DNA of 64,000 nt from Phoronis australis (lineage: Eukaryota; Animalia; Phoronida): the NCBI GenBank assembly GCA_002633005.1, contig NMRA01000115.1, forward strand, positions 827,965-891,964. Reading direction: 5' to 3'. Position 1 is the stretch's first letter, and every line of letters begins with the position of its first letter. The notes beneath the pieces are model-generated. The model did not search any database. It was not told the origin of the DNA and worked only from the letters and a program-made list of their open reading frames with translations. Position numbers and translations under genes: made by a program. Of the stretch, positions 1 to 12,449 are shown one piece after another.

Positions 1-1276
1 TTAGCAAAAATAGGGTTCGTTGATTATCCCAGACATATCTTTCACTTATTTACAGCTTTTCGTAATTTAATTAATTACTCGTCGTCTACTCCGGAAGTTA
101 CGTTTCGGGAGGCAAGAATTTCGCGCCAATTTCTTTTCATACAGTTTGACTGTGAGAACAGTCGAGTCAGTCATTGTTCTACCTCGGTTGTGATAAGTTC
201 GGTCGTCGTTTGCTTTTGCTTACGACCCAGTCAATATGCCACGCTGTTGCTGCCTGCCGAGATGTACTCATTATTGTCTCACGTACAGAGGGAGAACTGT
301 CCCACTTGCCTGAGTGTCCCGCGACACACTCCCAGTGGATGGTGACTTGAGCACCCAAATTGCTTACATTCCGCCGTGCGACTCCATCGTCACACATGTG
401 GCACCTTCTAAATAGCCCCAATACAAGTCAACACTAAACTAATCAAACTTAGGCTCACCGATTTGTTCATTGGATGACGAACTGTCCTTTTCACTGGGCG
501 TCAAACTGGGCCTGTATTCACTCCCACTACTCAACATCGCTGCAGGGCTGCTTACAGGCTCTTGGCTAGAGACAACAGCACACGGGGAATCACTACTAGT
601 TTCTGGAATTGCACGCTATGAGGTACGTTCGGAGGCATGACAGTAGATGAAGTGCCTCCAGTCACTGTATATAGTGGCCACAGCTCGCGAGGCTTCTCGC
701 TTCAAAAAACCGCACTTCTCGGGGGTGGCGACGGGGCACTGCCGGGAATCAACAGCGACGGAACCCTTCTTCAGGCGTTGTTTCGCAGGGACCTTCATCA
801 ATTCAGCGAACATATCTCTGTCGTAATCAGACGGCTGAAAATGCTTGCCACTGCTTTGTACGTTGCGTGAACGGGTAGCGCTGCGTTCTTTACACGAGCA
901 AGCTAGCCAAGTACGGCGAAGTGTGTCATCATTCGGAAAGCGATGCAAGGTACCCAAAGCGCGTGTCAGAGGATAATGAGTGCATCCTGGTACGCAGCAA
1001 CAGTGTGACATATTGACTGACTCGTAAACAAAAGCAAACGACGACCGAACTTATCACAACCGAGGTAGAACAATGACTGACTCGACTGCTCTCACAGCCA
1101 GACTGTATGAAAAGAAATTGGCGCGAAATTCTTGCCTCCAAAACGTCACTTCCGGAGTAGAGGACGAGAAATTACTTAAATTACAAAAACCTGTAATTAA
1201 GTGAAAAATATGTCTGGGATAATCAACAGACCTTGTTTTTGCTAAAAGTGACTTGAAAAAAAAGTTGCCTTCGCCT
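1..1276. mobile_element. Non-autonomous Kolobok-like DNA transposon (left end outside window) with long TIRs and a THAP-domain ORF
   Basis: 1-~282 is an imperfect reverse complement of ~965-1245. The right end reads ...TTCGCCT|TTAA (1274-1280), matching Kolobok termini and a TTAA target. It carries a THAP ORF but no DDE core, and lies in a PLPP intron. Confidence 0.75.
616..1011 (-). pseudogene. THAP zinc-finger domain ORF, probably the N-terminus of a deleted transposase
   Basis: MSHCCCVPGCT...LHRFPNDDTLRRTWL...KHFQPSDY...RLKKGSV fits the THAP signature (C-x-V-P-G-C, F-P, W, H-F, L-K-x-x-A/S-V-P). The third Cys (VCSxHF) and the AVP box are degenerate. Confidence 0.75.
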
Positions 1277-1412
1277 TTAATGTACATGTGCAACATGAGG
1301 AATATTGATAATATGTGCACGGGAGACTTAACATTACTGCTCAGTGGAATAAATGCAATACTTGTTTTCGATAATGTAGACTATAGTCTCTCCATTATTC
1401 ACGCGCACTTAC

Positions 1413-1767
1413 GACAATAAAAACAGCCGAGGAGGCAGCGGAAGCAGCGTGGCCAGACATGAACGACTGGCGAATATTTACAGACTGAAACCTGCTCAGG
1501 TTTTTATTGGTGCACACAACATCGGAAATGAACATCGGCACCCTGAAAAGAAAGAGGAACTTGTCTCGTGTGTTATTTCTGTCATTTTCCACCAATTTTC
1601 GCATAGGAATGGCGATACTGTTGTATTTCAAGGGAGAGCAAGTAGTCATCACACACCAGTTGTCTTCGATAAATTTTGCACTCACCTCAACAGCAATTAC
1701 CTTGGACCAAGACGAAAAAATAAAAACGAACAATTGAATAATATCCGTGGCCCGTTGTTGTGCTTTT

Positions 1768-1836
<69 letters not shown>

Positions 1837-4800
1837 TATAATAATAACAATAGCAATAACAACAGTAATAGTAGCAATAATAATATTTACGAATTATAAA
1901 TCTAGTCTACTTTCCTATATCATACACATTTCAGTTTACGTCAATTTCACTTTTAAGTTGTGAACAGTAATGCTAATTCTTTGCCTACTGTTTTTCACCA
2001 CTTTGCACCAAACGTGGACAATTTTGTTGCTAGTTTCAGGACATAAATGCTCGCATTCACTTCAAAATAACCTTTAGTTAAGTCCATAGCTTTTTGTTCA
2101 AACTCCGTTCATACCTTGTGTATTAGGCTAATTCTTTACTTTAACATAAACATTTTGTAAAAAAAACTAACAGACCGTAAGAAGAATATACCAATATCAG
2201 AACATAAAATTGTATTTCTGTTTACTATTATAAGACCAAGGACCCGTTCCAACAAAACTGGCTTAGCTAAGACAAATCTTAAATTTTAGTAAACTTTTAA
2301 AATAAAAGTTAAATTTGTCTCAAAACCAATTCAAGAAAGAAATCTCAAGTTTGAAGTGTTTGACATAAGTTTTGTCTTAATTTTGAATAACTTACAGAAT
2401 GTGAAGTTTCAAAGTTTGAAGGTTAAGACCAACCTTAAACTTAAGTAAAAATGAACTTAAGTCAGTTTCTTGGAACAGACCCTTGGTCTGCAGATATTTT
2501 TATAATTATGCATTTTATACTACACAACGACGGCTGGCGATTCTCGCTCTCCATTTTGATTCTGGTATTCATATTTGAACATTATATGTATGCCGAAGCC
2601 AGCCTTGGGATACTTTTAGGAGTGTGTTTCGCTTCATTGATACAAAAATATATTCATTGACGCTCGGACCAGCGGGCGCATTAACACCGAAAGCGAAAAA
2701 ACGAAAAACTAACATCACCCACAGGTCTTCCAAATTTGTCAAAATACACTCGGCCAAATTTTTCTAAAATTGTCCCTGAACCGTGGAAAAACTAGCGGTA
2801 ACATGACGCGATAGCCATTCCATTTGCAGTCTCAAATCCAGACTCTATTAGCATTTGGGACTGTGCAAATACAGGTGTCACTCAAAAGTTTTGCTTGTTT
2901 TGGGCTTGAAAAATAAGATGAAGGCAGCTCCACCTGTCTTTGTTCTACAGCTTGTTCAAACTCAAAAAATATTAATTAAATGCTGGACCAAGGACATCAA
3001 AAACACAAAATCCAACAAATTTGATTCCAGAGTGAATTTTCCATCTTTCACGAGTACTTACCGCTGAGAGCAATTTATCTTTGACCAGTCGGGTTTGCAG
3101 TGGGCGATGAAGTTAGGCCTTGGATAACCAATGGTTGTCTTGGAAATGAACACGATGATAAATGTGACGGCAAGAGCAAACAATAGAAACAGGACCAGGC
3201 GACAAAACTCCAGCAGTGACTTTGACACAGTACGTGTTCTCCGAAATTTTCCATTGAGAGCTTCAGTAAGAAGAATCTGGAATGTTTTTTTTTTGAAAAT
3301 TTACCTGCTAATAAGACATACCACGAATAGATCCACGGAGATGTGACAATAACAACTTAGAAGAACACGAATCAGTCTGCTCCACAATTGTTCATTCAGA
3401 ACTTCAGAAACACTGATCGAGAAAGTAGGTGTTGTCGATAGAAATTTAATTTCAGCTCCCATGCTCCTCCAGCATAGGTAGGTAATTTTCAGTTATTTTA
3501 CACAAAATTTTAATTGCTCCAATATTAAAGTCTGCTACCAACGACTAATCGGAATTCGCGAGTTCTAAGGCGCAGTAGGCCTACCGGTACATTTAAATAA
3601 TTCTAGTTGAACATTTTTATGACATAAAATTCTGCCAACTCTTTGGTAATGAAGAATTTGCACAGCTCAGTTTTCACTGAATAGCCAAAACCATGGATTT
3701 TAATGCAGTTGTAATATGCATAAACATCCCTGAGTCTGTGTCTCGCGCACTCAGCACTAACAAGGGTCCATCACGTGACCTTACGATTAGTCCGCAAAGA
3801 TTTGCAGCCCGGCGGACGTGTTACTCAACCCGTCGTGAAGAACATTGTCCGCACGCTGAAGGTAGGATATCTCGTCTGATTGATATGGAATTTACAACAA
3901 ACTCTAACTCCTTAATGTCTCAAAGCCTATTCTCAGGTCAAATGTCTTCATGTTGCTTTGCACGAAAATGTTTGTAATTTTCTAGGGTAGCTATCTACTT
4001 CCGTTTGTGAGTAGAATTTACTTGTGAAACAAGGATTATAAATGGGTAAGAACAGCAAAATATCGCCAAAACGATGGCTATTACCTTTTATCCGCTGCCG
4101 TACTATTATACGAAAAATATAACTGTTTCCTGGACTGACTTGGATCGCTATCACGCGCGTGGTTTAAATGTTTCCCGCCATTTGCCTCAGGATCAACAGA
4201 AGACACCAGGTGTCACAGAAGTTTTAAAAAAATCGCAAGTATTCAGCGAAAAGCTCCCTCCTTCATTGCGTGCCGCTAGGTGATCAGTAGCCAGCACGCA
4301 AGTATCACTTAATTTTCCTCGGGAAATTTTTTTACACCGGCGTTTCTGATTGGCTAGTCGAATTATCAACTAGTAGCGTTTTACGCAAACAAACTGGTAT
4401 CATAGATACTCGTTAGTCTATGCTGTCATGACTGATGGACTGAAGTGCAAATGAGGACTGTTGTACATGACAAATCGGTGCTTAAAAATTTTTTGTTCAG
4501 GAAATGTGAATCCCAGAAATTGTGGTTGCGCCTTCTTTCTATTGTTGACCTGTATTCATAAAGTATGAATATCACCGGTTAAATCGGCCAGATATGTGTT
4601 CATTGTACATGTATGTGCTTCAAGCACGCGCCTATTAAACATCACTGCACAAACGACTTGCATGGCAAGGCTAAAAATCGTTCACAGTCTGCCATTTTTT
4701 CACGGTGTTGTAAAACTAACCAATGACTACTGAGGTTACATCAACCAATCCTAAAGCGCGTCTCCCTGCGTGATACCTGCGTGCTGTCTTGGCACGGAGG

Positions 4801-7800
4801 GGACCAGCGAGAGCGAAACGTTGCTTTCATTGATTAAACAAGTCAAGGGAAGACTTAATTTCCGTGATCATAACAGTAGCAATAGTAATAGTGTGTTTAT
4901 TTCACGTCATGTAAAGTACAATACAAAAAATCCAATATTGAAATAGGGAAGGCCATGTAAAGGACTTTACAGACCGCTGACTCCAGTGCCAACCATAAAT
5001 TATACAAAGATACACAGTAAATATGGCGAAAAAATATACAAACTAGACAATGCTACAGAACAGATGAAATGTATCGATTTAGTTTCTTTAATATAGTGGT
5101 TATACACCAGGTGTCACAGAAGTTTGAAAAAAAAAAATCGCAAGAACTAGTCAACGAAACTTTGCTTTAGTTGGTCAAACAAGTCCGGGGAAGAGTTACA
5201 CGTTCCGTTATCATATCACATGCCAGTTTTATTATTCTTACGCGTCTCTGTAACTTCAGCTGGATGTTGTTGCATTATTTCGCAAAAAGCAGACGACCGT
5301 GCAGATGGCTGTTTTGTTATTGATACGTAAAAATTGTTTTCTATTTTATCTAGCTTATAAAAGCCAGTGGTTTACCTATCTTAATAATGTCAGTGTCCAT
5401 TGTTTTGTCTTAGAATAATACATATACCTGGGACAGAAATCAAGTAAATTGCCGTCATCGCCTCTAGCCTAAAACTCTTCCAAGTTGCTTTTCTTTCCCA
5501 CTTTCTGATATTGCAGATGCCATTTAATCTCATCATTTATTGTTTTTTTTTGCAAATAAATCAAACTTTACTTATTTCTTGTTATCAAAAGATAAGTAAT
5601 TTTTTTCGTAAAAAGATCAATAAGTTTTAACTTAAAACAAGCCCATGAAATGTAAATGCTTAAAAAGGGGACACCGATCTTTAAATCCGAGATTGTGAGC
5701 GTTACCATGGAGACAGCGCTGGGCACCTAGCCATGAGGGCCATTCCGTGAAAAAATCAGCCCATAGACAAAAATGAAGTTTCAACTATGCCAATATTTCT
5801 GTTTTTATCTGAAGGCACAGTCTTTATAGTTTCATGGCCACAGTGGCTTGATCGAAGATGACCAGGTTGACCGTCAAGTCACGTTCAAATTGCTAACTGA
5901 CGTTTTTGTCAAAAAGAGGCTAGACTGACGCCTGATTAACCATTTATTAAGCACTGACCAAGGATTGTGAGCGCTTTCGATGTTTGCCGACAAAAAACTT
6001 TCCTGTTTTGTTTATATCTGTGATTGCTCAGCCAAATTAGTTAGAAACACAACAAATACCGACGATGCGAATTAATGAAGTAGGTTGAAAAACGAGTTTT
6101 GTGGTGCAAATCACTGTCCAGTAAGTATCGTGACGTGGTTCTCGGGAATAACACTGCATGATGCAGGCTATGTAAGCTCAAGAGTTATGTTATAAGTGCA
6201 AAGGTTACCTATTTGCAGAATTTTTTGTTGTCACATTTACAAATAATCAATGAATACTACTGCAATTTGTTTAACGTAGAATATGCTAAAACAGTATTGT
6301 TGTTTAGATAATGCTATACATTAGCAAAGCTAGGAACATGCAAATTCATCTTTAAGGTTATGTTAAACCCTAAAAAAGTTGCCAAATTTGGCTAAAGTCG
6401 GAAATGGCAGATCAGATTCGTTTGAAACTTTCAGATTTTACACGAAACTCTGTCAGGAGTGTTCCACTTTAAAATCAAAACTAAGGATTTCGTGTTTTTT
6501 TAACGAAATTAAATGGTCACGTTCTCCAATTAACGGCAGAGTGATACGAAGTCTATGATTAAATTTTACAGATTTTCTTATAGAAAATGTGACAATAACC
6601 TAAATTTCATAGCTTTGCAGATATTTGAGTAAATATACAGACCGGTCGATAAGGTTTACAGTTACCTAGAGCCAGCGCGGACAGCCGACTGAATTCATGG
6701 TCGCTGCTGGCATGCAGTTATGAAGTCTTGGCAACGCACTCGCGCTTCGCTCGCGATTTTCAAAAGCTACAATATATTTTCACTGAAAAGATCGGTTACA
6801 CCATCCGCTGAAACTGATGGATGCCAAACACAAAGTTGTCACCATGATGGATGTGGTTCTTCGTTATATGGCTGCGGTCTTCATCACTTAGCGGTTTTAC
6901 TTTAGTTATAATCTCGTCAATTTTGTCGAACGCACGATTTTTGAGAAACTTCTGGCTGTGACTGTTACAGAAGAGAATTCTCCCCCTATTCTGAGTAGTT
7001 CATTTTCTGCTTGACCTTCGTGACAAGGGCACGAGAAATGGTACATGTATGCACAGAACTACATGCAGATTCGACTTATGCTTTTTTACGAATACTTTAA
7101 TAGTTTTTGCTGTTCATTTGCGTTCACGTCAGTTCTCAACGTTGGGGGCGACCCGTCTATAAATACCTGTTGTTTATCGGACTTCTGTTTACCTGTTATG
7201 TTCATACAGCTACAACGGGCGTGCCCATGGTTCATATAACACGTGTGCCCACAGAAACGAGCCCATCCCATCACACACGCTGACCTAAGATGGTTGCATT
7301 TAATTAACTGCCATGTTCATTAAGAACGTACGTTGTAGGGCGATATGCTGTAAGCTTTATCAATCTAAATTGATAACATACTTTGTAGTTTTAGCAGTAG
7401 TAAGGCGTTCACGTTCTCAACGTTCAGGGCGACCCATCTAGGCCTATAGCCATTTGCTGTTTATTGGACTGCCCACAGAAATGAGCCCCTCTCATCGCAA
7501 GAGCCTTCTGCGTAAGTTGAGCAGACCTCAAAACTGCCGGCTGTACTAAATTAATAACTTTGCTCGGTTTGTTGTTAGAGGGCAACCTTTCTGAAGTACT
7601 TGGAAGACAGCTGATAATTTTCATTTTCATCGAACAGCAAGTTAACATTACAGAGAATTGAAATAGTACATGAAGCTAGTATTATTTAACGGGCTTTCTA
7701 CGGCAGACCCAAAATCCCAGTGGGGGTGCCGTCGCACCCTTTGCTACCCCCCCCCCCGGTACGGGCTTGAATTCAGAGAATGCTGCACTACCTACGAACG

Positions 7801-8636
7801 TTTCTAAACTATTCTCGGCATTGTCGACATCAACGCGAACTGCGTCGTTGACGGCATCTTTAATAGGGTCGTTGATGGCGATCACATTGGTTATGTCGTT
7901 ATCGTTGTCATCTGGAAGTCGGCGTCAGCTGTTTTCCTTGTCAAAAATAAGTTGCATTTATTTGGCGGTGACGTGGTCTTCGATGTCATTGTGGGTAACA
8001 TTCTGTTCTAGCATGATCGCCGTCATCTGATCGTGGTCCTTGTTGTTCTTGCCTTCTTGGTCGATTTTAATTCTTTAGTCCATTTCGCCAGGTGTCGCTC
8101 ATCAGAGCGTTTTCGTCATTATTACGTCGAGTGGTGTAAGCATTATGATTCTGGTCAAGCATTTTTAATAAATATTTTACTAAAAACAGCGAAAAGGTAC
8201 CATAGCCCGATTTCCATAATGAGCACGAGTTCCGTTTAATAACAACCTTAGTGCATTTTGTCCGTTTTGTTTGACCTTTGCCTTATGGCCCATATTTATT
8301 CAAGAATATCTTTACTGTGAGATTTAACTTTTATTTCATTCCAAAAAGTATTCATCTTTCAGTGCAAAGTACTTCCATTGTGTAAACTAGAACCAAATCC
8401 TATACCTGAGTCCATTCAAATTTACATACCACAATGACAGGCGTCCCTACGACAAAAACGATCAGTGAATAGGAGGGAACGGTTTCCACAGCAACAGCAG
8501 GATAACGGATCGACTCGTCATCACAGAAGAAACCTCTGTTGGCCGTTTGCACTCGAGCGAAGAATACCCCAATTAATCCAATTGCTGGGAATAAACAACA
8601 CGCGTCGTATAAGAAGCGATAGATGTAAGAAAACAT
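1413..8636 (-). CDS. Phospholipid phosphatase (PAP2/PLPP1-3/wunen family), first three coding exons; 3' exons lie left of the window
   Basis: Exons 8636-8430 (MFSY...RGFFCDDESIRYP...), 3276-3062 (C1 motif KTTIGYPRP then NFIAHCKPDWSKINCS) and 1542-1413 (C2 motif SFMSGHA). All introns are GT-AG with compatible phases (0, 2). The C3 motif is not in the window. Confidence 0.9.
1768..1835 (+). repeat. (AAC)n microsatellite
   Basis: About 22 perfect AAC units followed by degenerate AAT/AAC/AGT triplets; explains the poly-L and poly-T ORFs. Confidence 0.97.
2233..2488. mobile_element. MITE, ~255 bp
   Basis: Left end AGACCAAGGACCCGTTCCAACAAAACTGGCTTA versus reverse complement of right end AGACCAAGGGTCTGTTCCAAGAAACTGACTTA; AT-rich interior. 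Confidence 0.7.
4203..5215 (+). repeat. Two related copies of a dispersed repeat (4203-4872 and an internally deleted copy at 5104-5215)
   Basis: ACACCAGGTGTCACAGAAGTTT..AAAAAAATCGCAAG occurs at 4203 and 5104. 4816-4872 resembles 5155-5215. Confidence 0.6.
6356..6666 (-). mobile_element. Degenerate Kolobok-like MITE, same family as 23286-23830, inverted
   Basis: TTAA|GGTTATGTTAAACCCT...GGAAATGGCAGATCAGATTCGTTTGAAACTTTCAGAT matches the reverse complement of 23730-23830. 6601-6666 matches the reverse complement of 23286-23350. Confidence 0.65.
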
Positions 8637-9970
8637 TTGAAATTGAGGTCTCCACAACAGTACTTTTTCCTGTCATGCGGTACTCACTCTTTCTTTAAAA
8701 ATGTTTGAACTGTCGTAATGGTTTCAGTTTCAATAAATGCTGGGAAATCCAGCAGAGGTTTCAGTAGTAAAAAGCGAACTAGTCTGAATTTATAGCAACA
8801 ACAGGTCTTCAAGAATAAACACTCAAAATAATAATCTGGAAAATATAAAAGGTAAACTACAGACCGACACTACTACTAATGATAGCAGTATGTTCCAGAA
8901 AAAAGTTCGTATTGCGCTCGCAGCGGCGTCATACCCAGAAAAGCGACCAAAACCGACATTCGAAGCTAAATTACAAGAGGTCAAGGTCGTGTTACTAAGC
9001 CCAGAGAAACCACAGTGGTTCCATAGGGGACCTAACTGAACTAGAGACTCTGGAATTTGAATTGTCCCGGTAGCATAATTCCTACCATTATCTTCAGAGT
9101 TTATTGGCGTTGGTCAAGCCTGAAATTGGGAATTCGAAAATGGGGAATGTACGCATTTTTCTAAGTTCTTGTTTGTAACAGTTAAAATCGTGTCTCGGTA
9201 AGCAGTATTATAATATCAAATTTTAGAGAGTGAAAGACCAGGCAATTCAATTTCCATTTTTAGCCAATTAAACAGGGCATGCAGCTAACGTAGCGGCTGA
9301 AAAACGCCAAACCTGCATAGAGTTCAGCAACGCTAGGACCACGCTAGAAAAGCAAGACTTCGCGAGAATACGTGAGATGTTGCCCTATATTTTAAACAAG
9401 AACACACGATTTTGGCTAGATTTTTCCAGCAGCGATACAGCTACTGACTACCCAACATTGGGCGAATTTCTCCTGAGCAGCGTCAGGCGAGCAACCCAAC
9501 GCTAAGGGACGTAGGATAAGAATGCAAGTCATATTCTTGTTATAATTGCAAAAGGTCTGTTACTAAAGTCCCATTATTGCAGCCAGCCAGCAAGCTGTTA
9601 ATACCACTATTAACCCGAGACTACTTAAAGTTGTGAACTTAAATTGGACTCAAAGATGCTCTTACTCAAACCAGGGTCGGTTTCTAGGCTTTGAAAGAAC
9701 ATATTTCCCCCAGACTATCTCGAATTCACAAGTTGTCTTGGGCCATGCTCCCAGTAATATCGCATTTTCTAAAGCATAGAAACCGTGTTTCGCCTGAATA
9801 TGATTCAGGCCCGTAGCCAGCATTGCTAGGGGGGTGGTTCGAATTTATAGAACGGTGGACCTTTAATATTTTGCAAACGTCGACACTGCAGAATTCTCGA
9901 TAAGGACTATGACGCGGCTTAATTAGGGGGCTCTCAGCTCTACGTTCCTGAGATAAAGCGAAATTTGTAA

Positions 9971-12361
9971 CAGTGGCGGATCTACGTTTTCAGCAAGGGG
10001 GGGTTTAAGATTCCCGCCAAGGTCGAATCCTAGGCGCGTAGCGCCGAGCGGGGGAGGTCGGCAGGGAGTTTCTCCTTCCATGTAAGATATTTTTTGTTTT
10101 TGTAGCCAAATAGTGAAATTTCCATGCATCCTGGTAAGTTTCTGGCACTTAACATGTTTCTGGAGTTTTTCTTAAGATAATTAAAAACCCTTCTCGATTT
10201 CGTCACATGAACTTGGCACATAAGTTTCGTGAAACCATATTGTGCACATCTGGGTATGAGTCACGCCACCAGCAAAAATTTTTGTTGGAACATCTGCTTA
10301 CACACACCTTTTTTAGCATACGAAAAGTCGTATACGAAAAAGTGTGGTGTGTATACAGGGGTTTAGACAATTTCCAAATATTTAAGAGCATAATTAAGGA
10401 GCACCGACGGGGCGTAAAAACTTGAATATCAGATGATCGCGTAACAGCAGCCTCAAGTTGTTTAAGAACGAAGACCTGTACTGTTAGTCCGGAAATAAAC
10501 ATGTGTTCTGTCTCGTTACGAGAAAAACTGGCGAACGATGGTGCTCTCAACTCATAGTCTATTATTAAAAGCGACAATAAATAATTAGGTGTCACTTTAT
10601 TAAGCTGAATCACGTTGACAACAATTGAAAAACGTCAAATCTATCAGGAAACAAATCATCTGAAAACAGTTTCACGAAACCAAAACATCCTGTGCACAGT
10701 GGTGAAAAGATACACTGGACTAGTTTGCAGAGGGACCAGATGTACACTGAGAGTACACAAAAAGCTGACCTGGTCCGTCACGAGACCAAGAGTACACCTG
10801 TGCTTATTATCCCTATAAAAATAGTCGATCTGTCGCGGGACCAAACAGTACTGGCTGAGATAAATAGTTTTACAAAGCACACTTTGGTAAAAAAATCACA
10901 AGACTAGTTCGCCGAGGGACCAGAAGTACACTGAAACTCAGCATCTACACAAATCAAGCTGGCCTGGTCCGTCGCGAGACCTAAAGTGTACTATGCAAAA
11001 AATTTTGAATTGAAAACCTCTCTCTAAAATTTGAATCCCCAGTGGTTACTCATACGTTAGTCCTATCCTTCTGTTGTCTAGACTGCCGAGGAATTTGTAT
11101 ATCGGATCCAATGATTTGCTCGTCTTGGAACCATTCTACCCAGATATCTTCGATGTTTGTTCCCAACGCTTGCACTTCGTCAACTGCTGTGTCAATGAGC
11201 TTGTAAGCCTCTACAATGTCAGCATCTCGTTTCGCAGCTCAGTTGACACTAAGACCCTTGAGGTTGCCAAGTCCATTCAAAAGACTTACATGCGCAACTA
11301 AATTTGATCCGTTCATCATGGACTACTTCAAACCTTGACGAAGCATCCCAGGACCTATTTGCATCTCTTGCAATTTTCGAAATAAACGTCCCAATGTCTG
11401 AACGCTTGAAACCCGAAGTACTAATATCAAATAAATGCCCATGGGCATGAGCGTTTCATCGGGTGAGCCTTTCTGCGGAAATTCCCAGTATAGAAGACGG
11501 CAGTGTGCTTATTGCAGGTAGACAGACGGTAGGTGTTGAGGTCGGAACTAGGGCTCCTTAGGAGGCCTATTGAACATCGCACGAGTCCCGCAAGACTTTG
11601 TTGTGAAAGAACAGCCTCCCCGCAATTTCTGGTACTGTACACTTTTCGCGAATGCGGTCACTTTCTCAATGTGAGTGCCCCCTTGGTCATTCCTTGTATA
11701 GACATAACTTGTTATAGAGTGTGTCTTCAAACGGACTCGCGACCAGACCACGGCGCCCGCCACAATAGCAATTCTTCGGAAAAAAATTTTTTTTCAAAAA
11801 TATTACATGTACATGTACACAATATTACATGTACATGTACACTGTATGATATTGCGCAAGACAACTTTACTATACATCAGTTACAAACGTGTGGAGTGTA
11901 ATAGAACGACACGGCATGACAGATGAGGTAAAAACGTTGCACGTCAATTCGCCTGAATATCAGGGGTTGCGGCACCGCAGTATTTCCCCTAATCAAATCA
12001 AAATATATCTTAGAGTAAAGAAGCTAGTTACCTAAAGAAATCAGCTATAGAACTGCTCTTTCAGCGGTGAATCCATCTAAAATGCTTGGCTACTTCAGAA
12101 GTGTCGACGGAAGCGCGCGCACAATTAATCCCCGCGCGTTTTGCCGATGAGCCACAAAGACTCAGCAATTCACAATGCAAAAAAAATATTTTCAGAGTGA
12201 ACCCCCCCTCAATTTTTTCCAAGTTGGTTTACTTGGGGTTTACACACGCTGGCGGTGTCGTTTTTGTTTTGCTGGATACGCTTTTGTTTTTTTTTAATTT
12301 TTGGGTCCTGGCCCGAGGGGGGGGGTTTAAACCCCCTGAACCCCCCGTAGATCCACCACTG
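9971..12361 (-). mobile_element. hAT-like element with 5-bp TSD and a decayed transposase
   Basis: 16-bp TIR CAGTGGCGGATCTACG / CGTAGATCCACCACTG (1 mismatch); TGTAA duplicated at 9966-9970 and 12362-12366; internal transposase remnant. Confidence 0.85.
11036..11620 (-). pseudogene. Degenerate hAT transposase fragment (P52rIPK/THAP12/ZMYM-like)
   Basis: Minus-strand translation with stops and frameshifts: TR* (from TRW)...LKGLSV...KRDADIVEAYKLIDTAVDEVQALGTNIEDIWVEWF...IQIPRQSRQQKDRTNV. This resembles the conserved LS..LQ...DI..A...I...PR...RQ..R.N region of these transposases. Confidence 0.7.
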
Positions 12362-12449
12362 TGTAATACCAGAAATCAGGATGCCGTAATGGTTACTCGC
12401 AAAGAACACAGCTCAAATTCGGATGTAATGTGGCCAAGAAAGTATCGCG

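Noticed and set aside
1455-1475. PLPP C2 motif reads MSGH instead of PSGH, suggesting an inactive enzyme
   Set aside because: Animal PLPP1-3 normally have a hydrophobic residue here (SFYSGH, SFFSGH); C1 KxxxxxxRP is intact.
1760-1963. Poly-Thr and poly-Leu ORFs
   Set aside because: Artefacts of the (AAC)n microsatellite; only 1542-1413 of the overlapping minus-strand ORF is a real PLPP exon.
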